DNA of 64,000 bases. Origin: Paraspadella gotoi. Taxonomy: Eukaryota > Animalia > Chaetognatha. The position numbers and the translations under genes were made by a program. Under the pieces are notes generated by a model. That model had not been told where the DNA came from, searched no databases, and worked only from the letters and a program-made list of their open reading frames with translations. Positions 1-30,639 of this stretch are shown piece by piece (the stretch's first letter is position 1; each line of letters begins with the position of its first letter). The stretch covers positions 22,718,833 to 22,782,832 of the forward strand of contig CM119263.1 in assembly GCA_051294375.1 (NCBI GenBank), given 5' to 3'.

Positions 1-3000
1 ATTCGTGAACGCGGTAGCATCGAGCCGAATACCGTTGCATCCCTAACGCATAGCTCATCAATTGGTCAAATTTTTTTCCACCACAGAAAAAACTAAAAAA
101 AATGTTACGCTTCAACTTAAAACAGCATCAAAAAAATACATAGGAAATTTTTTTAATATAGTGCCGATTCAAGACGAAGTTTGAAATAATTTAATGACCG
201 GCTACATATTTTTTAGATTACTTCATTAAATGAGAAAAGAAAGAATCAAAAAACAAAGATTAACTTCAACCATAGAAACATTTACAAAGGCGTGATTTAT
301 TATCCCAAACCTAATAGCTATAAGAGCAACTCGCCCTTACAACGAACTAACTTTCAAAAACAATCTTGCACTAGCACATACCTTTCAGAGAGATTCGTAT
401 TCAGCCAGCACGCTCCCTCCATGTTGAAGTGACCGAGAAAAACGTTGCAGAGACTAGAACCAAAATTTCGCCCATCGCGAACTGACTAAGTACCAAGGGA
501 TTCCCTTCTTTTATAGGAAACGTCTCAGCGTTTCGGCCCTGGACCAAAGTCTCGAGGTAGGCACGACTTATTGGCTAACAAAATGTGTCACCTATAACGT
601 CGATCTACTGCGAGAACTTTGGAACTTACTTATAAATCTTACTTTGTATTTAAGCGACACAAGACAAACTTTAGACAGGAATGTGAAACTTTAATTTGTA
701 AAAGTTAGATATAAATCTCGTTTTTCCGTAAGAAAATATAAAAAAAGTTACTTTTCTCAATTTTAAGTTCCATAATTCTATCCCTTTTTCAGAGACACAA
801 GTGAAAAACTATTTTATTCTATGCTAAACTCTTTCTCATAGTAGTTTGCCTTACTCCTTCCCTTCGATTCACTTCAGGCATAAAAACCTCCGTTTGACCG
901 TTGCTCCGACCCCGTGTTCCGCGCGCGCGCTCCGCGGATTTCCAAACGGCGATCGATCCGGCGCGTTATCGTTCAATCAATCCGTCGATTTTACGTCTGC
1001 CCGACATCTTTGCTTGCCTCCGATGTTTGTCCGTCAAAACGATAAGCAGATCATCGTTGTGGGAGCAACATCTAAACCGTCGCGGTGCAACGCTATTGCG
1101 AACGCGGAGGTTTTTATCATGCTTCTCCTCTGCTTGCTTTCTTTCTCCGTTTTAGATTCGTGAATGCTCTTTGTCAACAGATCATTCATTCTTTTTTCCT
1201 GCCGCCAAATGTTCGGCCTTAATAGAAATTCCCAATCCAACGTCACATTTTTCACCGGAAACTACGGAAGTTTTAATTCGTCTTCAGGTGACTTTAGCGC
1301 CTCATCACGATTCGGCAAGGCCGGGTGACTCACCTCTTTCAACTCTCTAACAATCCAGTTTTATTTTCTTTGTGTGGGCCTCGCATAATAGTATTCCGAT
1401 ATTGATAAGTTTAATTTTGCAGTCATTTAATGGTCTTATCGCTTCTACTCAATGTACAACTCTACGAGCTGTCTATCAATCGTATTAAGACAAACGCCCT
1501 ACCAATCCTTAACATGACACATTCTCTCCGAGAAATCTACTCGTGACCCGTACCGAAAAGGAACGACGAATCAAGTTCTTACAAAATAACCCTCAAAATC
1601 ATATGGCATTTAACAAGACGAGACGAGAGTTGATTAAAACATCGACTTGAACAATGCTTTCCGGAGTCTTTGATCCGGTAAGCCCAAAGGTTTTAAAGCA
1701 AGCAGAAGCAATTAATTAAATAATTAATATAAACGTTTCAGTAATAATTATAATATTTTGTTTTCAGAAATCGAGCGAGAGCACTCAAGATGCCTTGGTC
1801 CTCCGTGCCGCAAAAACGAATATTCATATCTGTTTCTGTCCCTCTTTGCACCACCACCTTCTCATCATAGTCCATGATGAACGTTGAAGAAATTGAGGTG
1901 AAGATTATAACAGTTCATTATAAAATTTTAAACATATCTCTATAGTCCAAGAGATAATTTAAATATTCAAAATATGTTAGCAATAGTGCGCTATTGGAGC
2001 TATCAAAACTTAATCTCAGGCAAAATGGTCGACGAGCCCTCATCAAAAACTGGCCTCTTTCGAAATCCATCAGCTTCGACAGAACGGACATTCTTCCAAT
2101 GCTCACCGGACTTCCTCCGTGATCTATTCCTCTGGGTCTGCTTAACGTCCGGCGGTTAGCGCCCCCGATTTAAAAGACTGCTACGATACACGTCTCTCGC
2201 CTCCCCTCGCTCGGTGGCTCCCTAGCCTCATAGTGGCTGCCTAACCGGCCAAGGGACGGAGCTGACGATCCGCCAGAGCCTTGGCACCGGAAGAGCGACG
2301 CTGGAGATCACCGAACGACGAATTTTCCTCGTCTCGGAACTTGAAAGTCTCGACGAATTCAAACAAACGAGGACGTGCGACGACGATGTTCCGATCAGGA
2401 AGACTCGTCCCGATTGTACAGAAAAATACTTTCGAGACCGCGTGGAAGTCACTCGGCCGGGCGGAATACCAACTTGGATGGAGCCGGACGACGGGGTAGG
2501 AACGGAGCTGGAGCGGAAGAGCGAGCATTGCATGGAGACTGAAAGCCGGCAGGAGTGGATGAGAAAGAGGATCGAGGCGGACTCTCCGGCCAGCGAAGAC
2601 GTAAAGTGGAGATTTCGCCATGGTCAGGCACAAAGATTTAACGCCTATCTAAAAGCTAGGACGAGGTCCACTCTTTTCAAATTTTCATAGAATTTGTTAT
2701 CTTTTCTACTTTTTTTTTCTCGAAAATACAATGGAAAACGATGTTGATACGGTCTATTTCTGTTCCGAAATTAAAATCAACGCGCAAGAAAAAAAATAAA
2801 CAACCTATAGGTTTAGACATGTAACAGATGACTAGAAGGTAGAAAACAAAAGATTAAACAAAAATTGCAACTTAAAAGAACAAAAAGCTCCCCAATTATC
2901 AATCACCAAACACACGATAACACAAGTTGCAAACAGAAATTCAGAATCTGGACGCGGATCATTTTTCTGTTTTCGCTTCTCCAAACAGAGCCGTCAATGC

Positions 3001-4737
3001 GCGTTGTCACGTCGTTAACTCGTCCACCAGAGTTTCGTACCTTAAAATGACAAAACATACATATGACCAATTAATAAAATAAATTGATTATAAAGATGAT
3101 GTTATCATAAAAATTAAACATCGTTTCAAATTGACCTGTACGTACACTCTATATATCGTGTACATTTCGTTCTTTATGTCGTTCCCTCGTGCCCCCTCCT
3201 TCAAATAGTTTTCTCCAACCCAATGCCTGCTGACCTGTAAAAATCTGTCATTGAGAACAGTTTGACATCTAATTTGTCAAGTGTCGTCCAAACCTTTGAT
3301 CCATACCTGTGACTGGAAGAACCCTGCTCAGAGACGCTGTTGCCTCGCCAGCTCGCACATCATCGCAGAAGAGACTTCCAAACTTGAGAAAAGGATGCGA
3401 TGCAATAATACTCACTCCATGACAGTTCCTTAGTGACAGTGAAACTATAACGTCTGTCCGTTGAACAGCGGACGACGTGACCGGCTCGGCGAGAGGACCT
3501 CGGCAAGATTTCAGTCCAAGGTAGTTGAGGAAACAGCGAATTTTGGAAATGTAGAACATGGCTGAGAGTCCCATTGCCGCAAGATAGTAGAGATTACTTG
3601 TAAGAAACTAGGAGCGTTACGTTCACCTTAACGGTAACAGACCATTCTATTTTCGCTTAACTTCGTACTGTCCAACGCAATACGGGCCGACTCCTGAGCA
3701 AGAGACGTGAAAGATGTTGTCGCCCAAAAAATAAGAAAGCAAATGACCTCGTCCAACGAGGTATGCACCGGCCGGCTTCTCCCAATGCGGGCGAAGACGA
3801 GCTGTGTTCATAGCCCACGCAGCGGCCGAAACTGGTTCACCAGTAACCTAAGCCGAAGATTGGCGTACATGAACTTAATACAAGTACCCGTAGTCGTCGT
3901 AAGGTGGGGTCGTTCTCGTCCGTGGCTCCCGTCCAATCCGAAAATAATAGGGAGAAATGGAGTAAGAGAAGAGAATAATTTGGCGATACAACGACTTTGC
4001 ATAAGTTTCTGCGAACTGCGGCAGAGCGAATCCTTGTCGAACCAGAAAGGAAGATCGGTTTTGATTCGCGAAATGTCGATTCGACCAGAATCGAATCCTG
4101 TGACCCTATTGCCAACAAAAAACTTGATCTTCCCGAAGATCGGGATGGAAACTTGTGAGATCCAAAGCCTTCCCATCCCTCTATCCAACGGCCACTCGTA
4201 AAACAGATTCTCACCCTACTTTGACGGGTCGTTTCAAACCCTGTAAATTCAAATCGTGATTGAAGCGAAAGATATCGCCTGACCGGAAAACGGAAAGCAA
4301 GAGTTATAGTATTATGCACTGATAGGATATTCAGTATTAGTATTACAGCCCATACTTACCTATAGCCGTTGAAGTGAACATTGAATGAGTCCAAACGTTG
4401 TTGCTCCGCCAGTTGTCACTCCTTGTGATCGACAGCCCACTTCTGCAAGCTTGTCCCACTCGTGAATAGATACAACTGAACCCTAAATATAGACAAGCGA
4501 GTACTCGTTTAACAGAAAACAAGGACTTTCTGCGCTCATTTAACAATATTCTATATCTATCAATTCGTGACATGACTCACCAACATACATATTATAAAAA
4601 AGTAATATCGAGTAATACCGTCGATAAACTAACTCTACACTCCTCAACCGTACTTATAACATAATAATCCATATCCTTAATAATAAGTGAGCTTACAACA
4701 TGGCAACAGCAGTTGGCCAGATATAACTCTCTCCTCC
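1..4737. repeat. Indel-rich direct duplicate of ~9246-13615 (IgSF 3' exons and AMPD 3' exons); probable long-read gap-fill artefact
   Basis: Base 1 attcgtgaa aligns to 9246, and the copies are colinear up to the 25-N gap at 4738-4762. Differences are mostly 1-2 nt indels that become denser toward the gap. The AMPD exons here are frameshifted versions of intact exons at 12091-13511. Confidence 0.85.
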
Positions 4738-4762
4738 NNNNNNNNNNNNNNNNNNNNNNNNN
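4738..4762. other. Assembly gap (25 N); further 10-N gaps at 14145-14154 and 48046-48055
   Basis: Runs of N seen directly in the sequence. Confidence 1.
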
Positions 4763-4876
4763 GAAAGAAAGAAAGAAAGAAAGAAAGAAAGAGAAAAAAA
4801 AACAGTATATAGAGAATCACAGAGTGACAGAGCGACATTATCTTTATCCTTGATTCAACTACTGGTTTTTCCTCAG

Positions 4877-6956
4877 GCGTTTATCGATGCGGCGAATTCG
4901 TCTCGTTTGTGGTCAGCGTCATCAAAGAACCGACTTGCTTCAGTCGTCGTCGTCGTCGACGGCCAATCTTCAAGGGTGAGTTAATTACTAGTTAAAGTTC
5001 GGAAGAACTTTGTAACATTACTCAAGTTGTGACATCTTTATCGAATCTTTCTTTTATTTAAACTTATTCGGACATGGTAATCTAGTTTATTCTATAATCA
5101 TAAACGGCCTCTTAGAGATTCTGATGTGGGAACAACCTATTTCGAAACATGTTTATAAATATGTCAAGTTACTATTAAAAACAGATCCGAGTTCCGACTG
5201 GCGCATCGGCGCCGACGAGGTTGTTGCGGCGACGAGGGCGAGAAATCGTCTTCCGCTGCGTCGCCGAGAGTGCCAACGGAAAGCTCGGGATCCCAAGTGT
5301 CGGGTCGCATTTCTCGATATCTTAGGTGAAAATTTAAATGAATCTTCACTTAGTTTTTCTTCTTCGCCTGATTTTGTTTTGCAGGTTTAAAACAAAATAC
5401 TGGAGAAATATTAATTCTTTTATTAAAGTTTACGCCATCGAGGTAGGAAGAAAGTGCTCTGAAACGGTAAATACTTTAACTGTATGCCTCGATAGATACT
5501 TGGTACGTACGCCACATATGAGAGGAGAGAGAGGGAGAGAGAGAAGAAAAGAGAGAGAGAAGAGAGAAAGAAGACATGAGCAGAGAGAGAAGAGAGAGAG
5601 GAGAGCAGAGATGTCGGCGCGGCAAAAGCCCAACGAGACTCGCGCGTGGGGGTTGCTATACCGATCACAAAAGTCCACTGGGGAAATCAAGCAACTTTAG
5701 AAAAGAAAAGAGAGAGACGGTATAGATGGAAAGAGGTCAGGACGGAATGAGGGCACGGAACCAGAGGACTCAACCCGCCCCCCGATCCGGCTCAACCTCG
5801 AGGACTACACGTAAAGAATTACTTTTTACTTGACGTTGAACTACTGTTTCTGAAGGTTTTTAACACCACATGGAACACATGAAATGAAGATGATATCATC
5901 ATTCCGTTATCAACAAGGGCATTCTGGGGAAAGGGAATTTTTATGCTGAGGCTAGAGTATGAACATTGAACAATACCAAATAGGCATATTCTTATTCGCA
6001 TTTCTCAAATATTTCCCATATCAGTTAATTGGGAATATCAACAGATATAAATAATAAAACCTTCGTGATTATAAATATATATATATTATAAATATATACT
6101 TTTAGCGAGTTATTTGATTTAGTATTTAATGCAAGTTCGATTACGATACCTGAAAAATTATTCGGTTTTATTACAGATAAAACCAATCATGATCAATCGG
6201 TTTAATGAGCGTCGACGCTGACAATTTTCAGATAATAAAAAGCGCGTCCTTACGCAGCCCTCCCGCTTGTGATATCATTCGAATTGTAAAAAGGGGTTTT
6301 ATATGAGATCAACCGTTAACTCTGGTTGGCCAACCGCGCACTTTTTTAAACTTTTAAATTTATTTATTTTTTTTTTTAATTTTCAGTCGTTCGGTCCCGT
6401 CGAGTTTAACAACCGCTTTTATTTTCCTCTTTAATTCAATCGATGGAATAGAAATAAGGAACTCAATTGGGTTTTAGATCAGATTTTCAATCTAGATGTA
6501 GATTTGAACCATTTTAATGTAATTCAAAAAATGATATACTATATATTATAATAAAATAATTATCGAAGGCTGCAGAATTCTGACTGAAGAGGAAATAGTA
6601 AACAATAATTATGGAAATACATTTGCAATTGGATCGATCATATCTCTTTCGTTCATTTTAGTTCAGTTATTTATTCCTCCCTTTCGTCAGGCCGGAGGTT
6701 CCCCCGTGCAGCCGTCCCTCCACTGGGTCTCCGACAACTCCACCTTCTTCAACAACATCGGGCGACTGGACGAGCGCACGGCCATCTCCGAGCTGCGGGT
6801 GGCGCTGCGTCCAGATCACAACAGAAAGCGAATCCAATGTCGCGTCAAGCATCCCTTGTTGCCCGAGGGCGCTGCCACTCTCGCGTGCTCATTTCGGCTT
6901 TTGGTGAAGGTATGTTAAAAAAAATATGTTCTTTTTCAGAAAATAAAGAAAGAAAA

Positions 6957-6992
<36 letters not shown>

Positions 6993-9900
6993 AACAAACA
7001 AAAGAAAGAAGGAAAAAAAGAAAAAATAAAAGCAAGAAAAAAAATACAAGGGAAAATTCAATCAATGCTTGCATCATAAAACGACCGACAGTTTCCTCCG
7101 CGCCTTATGGACTGCCCGGCAACGGACTTCGTGACGCCCGATACACGGACGCTGCGCTGCATCCTCGGCGCGAATCCGATGACGCCGCTGCGGAGTCTTC
7201 GCTGGATGATCACTTTGAGAGACGATTACAACCAGTAAATTCAGATTTAACCAATACACCTTCTTATCGTGAAAATCCACAAGATTAAGATTGTTGATAT
7301 TGATCCTTTGTCGTTGTGATGGTATTTTTTTTGTTTCTATTGACAGAACTCGATCCTCGACAGAACCAGCCACGCCCACCCGGATGTCCAACGCTTCGTC
7401 GACCCTCGTGGCTCCGGATAAACTCGCCCTCGTCTTTCCCATACCTTTGCCGAAGTCGACCAAGTTTTTCAACGAAACAAATTTCAGTGAGAAACTTCAG
7501 TACTTCGTAATAATAGTTATATAGTTATAGAACAAATATAAAGCAAATCGGACCAAAAATAAATTTATTAATTTTTATTCTTCAAAAAATCATTTTTTTG
7601 GGCGGTCGATGGGCAAAAACAATTAGAAAATAGTAATCAAATTTAAAACCAATCTTTGAATTAATAAAAAATATTTTTTTCAATTTGAGAATTTGGGAAA
7701 TTAGTACCAGATCATATAAAACATGATTTGTTATGATTTGGGGACAAAAATGATCTTTATTTCCTCTGACTGGCGGCGTTCCCATTGACAATTTGACAAT
7801 TTGACAATTTGACTCTTAAAATTTTGACTATGAACAGTGACCTTTATATAGAAATATTAACTGCAAACAAAACAAAGCTCTTTAACAGACATTTACTATA
7901 AGATTTTAGGGCAGTTTCAAGGTCAAAGTCAAAGCTACTTTAAGAATTAAAATATTTTCTTTTTAAATACTACAAAATGTAACAAAAGCATTCAAAAATT
8001 ATAAAAAAGTAAGAAACTTAAAAATGTTCCAATTATGGCAGCCGACTTAAATCGGATACGTTTGGAGACAGAAAAAGTGCTATCCTAAATTAAAGGTTAA
8101 AATTTTTAATTCAGTTTCGCCGTCATTTAAATAATTCCAAGTCGAAGTCGGACAATTAACATGTCAAATACTGATTCGCCGGTCGCCTCCTTTTCGGACG
8201 TCGCTGTAGCCAGGATCCGTAATCGTAGTTTATGGCAGAAAGAGATTCATTGCAGCCGCGTAATGTGATTTTCGGCGCATACAAATACCATCGGGAACAC
8301 GGTCGGGTCTGACGAAAAATTGGGAGAAAATTGTAGGAACCCGGGATCGATGGACGAAGGGGGGGGGAGAAAGAAAGAAAGAAAATAAAAGATAAGAAAA
8401 GAAAAGAAAGAAAGAAACTAACTAACTAAAGGATGAAAAACGGTTTCCTCGATAGGATCTGACAAGATGGTATTTTCATGTTTCATGAGAAAGTGGAGGA
8501 GCGTTTAATTTTAAATTCAAGTCTTCGACAAAGTGAAAAGCATTAAACTTACCGCGAGACGGAGGGAACTTAATCCGTTTCTCGCGCGCATATTTTCCGG
8601 TATATTCATTTTTTCCTTGAAACAATTCTAAAAAAAGCATACCTACTTTACTCAGTCGTCAGTACTGCGATTATTTTTACTGAGATTATCTTTAATCATG
8701 GTTATAATCCTTATATCCCGGTCCAATAATAGTCAATTTAATAGTTAATTAACAAGAACTTACTAAAAGATACGGAAGACACTCCTTGGACGTTTTCGTA
8801 AAAACTGTTTGAACCTCCACCGGATGATAATCACGGTCGCTGGATCGTGAAAATTTCGGAACGGAAAACCATGCTTTAAAAAAATTGTGAAACCCAATTG
8901 CATTACAATATTCACAGTTAGATAAAAGAGAATCATGAAATAAGATTAAAGCAATAAAATGGCTGATAAAAAAAAGAAAGTACCTCGACAATTCTTGATG
9001 GCGTAACCGTAAAACCAACTGGATCTGCAGCGCGACTCGTTCGCCGGTGAGGGACAATCCGAGATCATTCCTTCACAGAGGCTTTGATAATTATCCGCAC
9101 GTTTCTAAAGGTTTTATTCAATGACGAAGTTGATAGAAGAAACTATTCCTTATACCCATATTTCGATTTATCTTACCGTTAACCACTTATCGAAGACGCT
9201 GTCGCTCAAGCATTCTTCTCTACTGACCCGACGCTCCTCAAGATAATTCGTGAATGCGTTGTAGATCGAGCGAACTGACCGTTTGCATCCCTAACGCATG
9301 AGATCATATGGTCAATTTTTTTCCCACAGAACTTAAAAAAAATGTTAGCTTAATTACAACAGATCAAAAATACATAGGAATTTTTTTAATAAGTGCCGAT
9401 TAATGACGAAGTTGATAATTAATGACCGGCACATTTTTTTTAGTTTAACTTTCATTAAATGAGAAAAGAAAGAATCAAAAACAAAGATTAACTTTCAAAC
9501 CATAGAACATTTACAAAGCGTGTTTTATTATAAAAAAGCTAAAGAGCAACTCGCCTTACAACGAACTAACTTTCGAAACAATCTTGACTGAGCACATCTT
9601 CAGAGGAGATTCGTATTCCAGCCAGACGCTCCCTCCATGTTGAAGTGACCAGAAAAACGTGAAGACTAGAACCAAAATTCGCGCCATCGCGAACTGACTA
9701 AAGTACCAAGGGATTTCCCTTCTTTTATACGGAAACGTCTCAGCGTTTCGGCCCGGACCAAAGTCTCGAGGAGGCACGACATTATGGCAACAAAATGTGT
9801 CACTATAGACGTCGTCTACTGCGATGAACTTTTGGAACGTTGACTTATAATTTGACTGTTTGTATTAAGCGACACAAGACAAACTTTAGACGGAAGGAAT

Positions 9901-11806
9901 GTGAAACTTTATTTGTAAAGGTTAGATATAAAGATCCGTTTTCGTAAGAAAAGTATAAAAAAATGTTACTTTCTCAATTTTAAGTTCAGTAATTCTATCC
10001 CCTTTTTCAGAGACACAAAGTGAAAACTATTTTATTTCTATGGTAAACTCTTTCTACATATAGGTTTGCCTTACTCCTCCCTTCATTCACTTCAGGCATA
10101 AACCTCCGTTTGACCGTGCTTCCGACCCGGTTCGCGTCGCGCGATCCTCGCGGATTTCAAACGGCGATCGAGCGGCGCGTTATCGTCATCAATCGTCGAT
10201 TTCTACGTCGCCCGACGATCCTTTGCTTGCCTCCGATGTTTGTCCGTCAAAACGATAGCGAGATCCAGTCGTTGTGGAGAACATCTAGAACCGTCGCGGT
10301 GAGACGCTATTGCGAAAGCGGGGGTTTTTAGCTTTCTCGCTTGCTTGCTTTCTTTCTCCGTTTTAAATCGTGAATGCTCTTTTGTCAACAGATTCATTAC
10401 GTTTCTGTTTCCTGCCGCGTAATGTCGGCGCCTTTGATTCCCAAATCCAACGTCACATTTTTCACCGGAAACTACGAAGTTTTAAATCCGTCTTCGGGTG
10501 ACTTTAGCGTCGATCACGATTCGGCAAAGGCCGGGGACTCCACCGTCACAACTCTCAACATATCCAGGTTTTATTTTTTTTGGCCTCGCATAATAAGTAT
10601 TCCGATATTGATAATTTAATTTTGCAGTCATTTAATGGTCTTATGCTCTACTCAATGACAACTTCGAGTTCTATCAATCTTTTAAACAACGCCCTACCAG
10701 ATCCTTCATGACGACATTCCTCTCGAAACTACTCGTGCCCGAACCGAAGGAACACGATCAGTTCTTCAAAATAACCTTCAAAATCAAATGGTGGAACAAG
10801 ATCGAGACGAGGGTGATTAACATCGACTTGAAACAAGCTTTTCCGGAAGTCTTTGGATCCGGTAAGCCCCAAAGGTTTTAAAGAAGAGAAGCAATTAATT
10901 AATAAATTAATATAAACGTTTCAGTAATAATTATAATTTTTGTTTTCAGAATCGAGCGAAGCACTCAAGATGCCTTGGTCCTCCGGCCGCAAAACGGTTT
11001 TCATATCTTTTCTGGTTGCCGCTCTTTGCACCACACTCTGCATCATAGTCCTGATTGCGTTCAGAAAATTGAGGTAAATATGACCAGTTCATTTTAAATA
11101 TTTTAAAAATACTCTATTGAGTATTTTAAAAATATTTAAAATATGTTTAGCAAAGTTGGCTAATTATGCTTCAATAATTAATCTCAGGACAAAAATGTCG
11201 ACGAGCTCATCAAAACTGCCTCTTTCGAAATCCATCGATGTCTTCGAAGGAACGGACATCTTCCTCACCGCTTCCTCCGGATCTACGTTCCTCGGTGGGG
11301 CCAGCGGCGGTAGCGCCCCCGATTTGAAAACTGCGACGACGACACCGTTGTCGCTCCGTCGCGGTGGCTCCCTCAAGCAGTGGCGCCGTAATCGGGCCAA
11401 GGGAGCGGAGCTGACGATGCCGCCAGAGCCTTGGCACCGGAAGAGCGACGCGTGGGAGATCACGAACGACGAATTCCGGTCTCGAACTCTGGAAGGTCTC
11501 GACGAATTCAAGCAAACGAGGACGCTGACGACGACGATGTCCGATTCGGAAGACTCGTCCGATTCGTACGAAAAATACTTTTCGAGACCGCGGTGGAAGT
11601 TTCACTCGGCCGGGTCGGAAACCAACTTGGAGTGGACGCCGGAATCGACCGGGGAAGTAGGAACGGAGCTGGAGGCGGAAGAGGAGCATTGCATGGAGGA
11701 CTGGAAGAGGCGGCAGGAGTGGATGAGAAAGAGGGAGAGGGCGGACTCTCCGGCCAGGCGAAGACGTAAAGGTGGAGAGTTCGCCATGGTCAGGCACAAA
11801 GTTTAA
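4877..11806 (+). CDS. Immunoglobulin-superfamily type I membrane protein (multi-exon, 5'-incomplete, indel-damaged sequence)
   Basis: Ig-like exons: 4877-~4975 (GVYRC..VSVIKEPTC), ~5185-5325 (EIVFRCVAES), 6691-6909 (AGGSPVQPSLHW...SELRVALRPDHNRKRIQCRVKHPLL, C2-set-like), ~10100-10500 (PPMFVRQND; VSCRVMSAP..NVTFF). TM exon 10950-11073 (KTVFISFLVAALCTTLCIIVLIAFRKLR) splices in phase to a cytoplasmic exon 11188-11806 ending GGEFAMVRHKV*. Confidence 0.6.
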
Positions 11807-12090
11807 CGCTATCTAAAAAGCGTGAGGACAGAGGTCCACTCTTTTCAAATTTTCATAGAATTTTGTTATCTTTTTCTACTTTTTTTTTTCTCGAAAATAC
11901 AATGGAAAACGATTGTGATACGTCTATTTTCTGTTTCCGAAATTAAATCAACGCGGCAAGAAAAAAATAAACAACCGATAGTTTGTGTAACAATGACTAG
12001 AAGGTAGAAACAAAAGATTAAAACAAAATTGCAACTAAAGAACAAAAAGCTCCCAATAATCAAACACGAAACTACAGTTGAACGAGGAAT

Positions 12091-27754
<15,664 letters not shown>

Positions 27755-29158
27755 CACTGCGGCGTTGAAAAACCCCAAACTGGATATTTTGCTTCGGGCT
27801 AAGTTAGCCGATGAGACGTGACCGGGAAAAGCGTCTTTAAAGAAATGGAGAGATGTGAACACGACGGGCTCTTCAAGCACAAACGTTTCAATCGCGTGGG
27901 TTTAACGACAATATCAAACGACCCATCATCTCAGTTCACGGCGAACTTACGGGCGCTCGCGGAAAGAAGAGAGACTGAAAAATATTCACAGACCGGGCAT
28001 CTCGTTTAGTTTGGTTTTTTTTTTGGGGGGGGGGGAGATTCTCATCCACAATGACGGAATTACGGTTTCAGAAATTTTCAAATATGAAGTTAGCCTTTTA
28101 TGAGATCCGATAAAGAGTTAAAACGACGACAATAATTTAGAACTTGACTGGACCACGTCGTTTTAATCATATTATTTCCTATTAGTTCGGCTTTTATCAA
28201 ACATCCGATCGAAGTTCTAACTCAAAGGGCAACAAGAAAAAGCAATTTCATTCAATCAAAGCGTTGCGCCTCATTTACTTTCCAACGATCACGTGACTAC
28301 CGAGTATAAAACATGTACATGGTTGAAATAACTAAGTATAACACTATGTGGCGTAAACGTTGATTATGTAACATAATTTTTATGAGGATACGTAATAATA
28401 TGAAAATAAAATAAACCTAAATAGAACAAACATTTCCTGTGACTACCTCTGCTCAGTATTGGCTAAAATGACTCGGTATTATACAAAATATGACATATTA
28501 AATTTTTGGTCAAATGATTACATTTTCAAGTAATGCTAATGAAAACTGGAGTATATCATGATTCGTAACCATAACAATTCTCTGGTTCACTTATAGAAAT
28601 AATAGGCGCTAAAGATTACGAAGCTTCACTCATCAATTGGTTGAAAATCGAAATACTTGTATATTACGTAAAAGCTTTTAGACTATCGTTTTATTTCTTT
28701 GTATGTTTGTAGTAATCGAATTGAGGGTGAAATAAACATAAGGATAATTACGAGAATATACGTGATTAATTGGTTTTAAAAGGTTACAAATTTTTTTAAT
28801 TCTGAAATTTACAATTATTACTTCACTTTAAGCGGACTAACCTTGATCACTGCGAAACATGAGTTCTTATACAACTCGTCGATAAAAGTTTTTGAGTAGG
28901 CAACTGGCAACGGGAAACTAGAAATAAAAAATAAATTTTAAAGCATAAATAACACAAAGAATCACTGTTTGAAAACCTTTTTTTTATTCAATCAGCTGCT
29001 TCCATGCCAGGCAGCACTTGTTTAAGCAGATGACAACAGCAATCGGTTTGGGAAATAATCCGAAAAATGTCCAAGTATTATTGTTATTTAACTGAATATA
29101 ATAAAATTATCTGACATAAAAACAAGTCGGCTTAATGGCTCATTCGGGTGCCCTTTAC

Positions 29159-29963
29159 GGGTAACTTTACTATTTGACGTCCGCAACCAACCTTTGGTAC
29201 CACAGGTTGGTGGTTTGCTAATCTATTTAATTTTGTTTTCCCTCTAGCGTCAAGTCTCAGTTGGCGCAATAATAACATTTTTACCAGGGGTAGCCTAACT
29301 CAGTAAGGTTGTTAAGAAATTTGAATTAAGCACCTGTTCAAACAAAAATTTAAACATTTGGCTTATTTTAACATTCGCCGACCGGGATTTTGCGGTCGGT
29401 TATTTATTTTTTTGCTTCTTATTAACGACATATAGAAATCACGTTACGCAAAAAAAAAAAAAGACTGGTAAGGGTACCCTTACGAAGGATAGAAAAACTT
29501 TTTATTACAAATCCCTAACCACCCCTAATCCCTAACCAACCTTAACCCAATTGCTAACCGTTTCAGCGCAAAAACGAGTTGATTTGTGAAATATTTTCAC
29601 AGACTGAAATTTAAAGAGAGAGAAAAAGAATCTATGAAAATATTTATTTCACAAATCAATGTTTTTGCGCTGCTGAAAACTTAAATTGCATTGAAGCTGA
29701 AACATGTTTGTTTTCTATAAAACTCGTACGTAAACAAACAATTCATTTTCTACCTCAAACAAAAATAACAATTAAAATAAATTTAGAACAATTATTATTT
29801 ATTATAAAATTATAAAAATTTTTATTACTGAACAAAAAAAGTATATTGCGCAAACTAAGACTCGACGCTAGAGGGAAAACAAAATTAAATGGATTAACAA
29901 AGCACCGACCGTTGGTAGCTAAGGTTGGATGCGGTCGTCGAATCGTAATTAATAAAGTTACCC
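29159..29963. mobile_element. Foldback/MITE-like element with ~115-bp imperfect terminal inverted repeats
   Basis: gggtaacttta...ttttgttttccctctagcgtcaagtctcagttggcgcaata (29159-~29272) is inverted at ~29844-29963 (tattgcgcaaactaagactcgacgctagagggaaaacaaaa...taaagttaccc). Confidence 0.75.
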
Positions 29964-30639
29964 AAAAATTTAATTGAAAAAAAAAAAATCTTTAAGGTGT
30001 AACTGTAAAGAGGGTTAAGGATAAAAAAGTTATGAACAAAATCTTATATTCTCCGACTTACATTTTTAATTTTTAAAAATGGCAAACGCCGATGAAGACT
30101 CGGGGGGGGGGGAATTGTAAAAGATATTACCCGACTGCCTTAAACTTAAATTCCCTTAACCCTAAACCTATTATATTAAAACCCCCAATTACAGAAAACA
30201 AAAAATAAGATATCAAACTTCGTTCATTCTGATTTTATTATAAAATAGTCTTCAGAATTTAATGGTGTTAACGATCTTTTTTATTATACCATTTTTCTTA
30301 TTATAAATAAGTATTTTATAATAATATATATAAGTAAATAATATAGATTAAATAGTAAAACCATTATAAAATATAAAAAATAATGAAACAATTTTAAAAA
30401 TTTTCATTTATAAAATAATCTATAATTTTAAGAAGGTATAATCTATTTTTTTAAATTTGTTATTAAGTTGGTTAAAAATATTAAAAACTATTAATTTTTA
30501 GCTTAAAAATATAGTTTTTAGTATTTTTTTAACAATTTTAATATTATCTTAAAATTTTGATTTAATAAAAACTTATAAACATATGTAGTCGGGCATTGCC
30601 TAGGTTCACCCCGCCTAGAAGCATGACACTTTCAGTTGT

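Noticed and set aside
2940-4580. AMP deaminase pseudogene
   Set aside because: It retains introns and differs from the intact gene mainly by random indels next to a gap, so an assembly artefact explains it better.
29512-29550. Interstitial telomere
   Set aside because: Only a few degenerate CCCTAA units, embedded in repeat elements.
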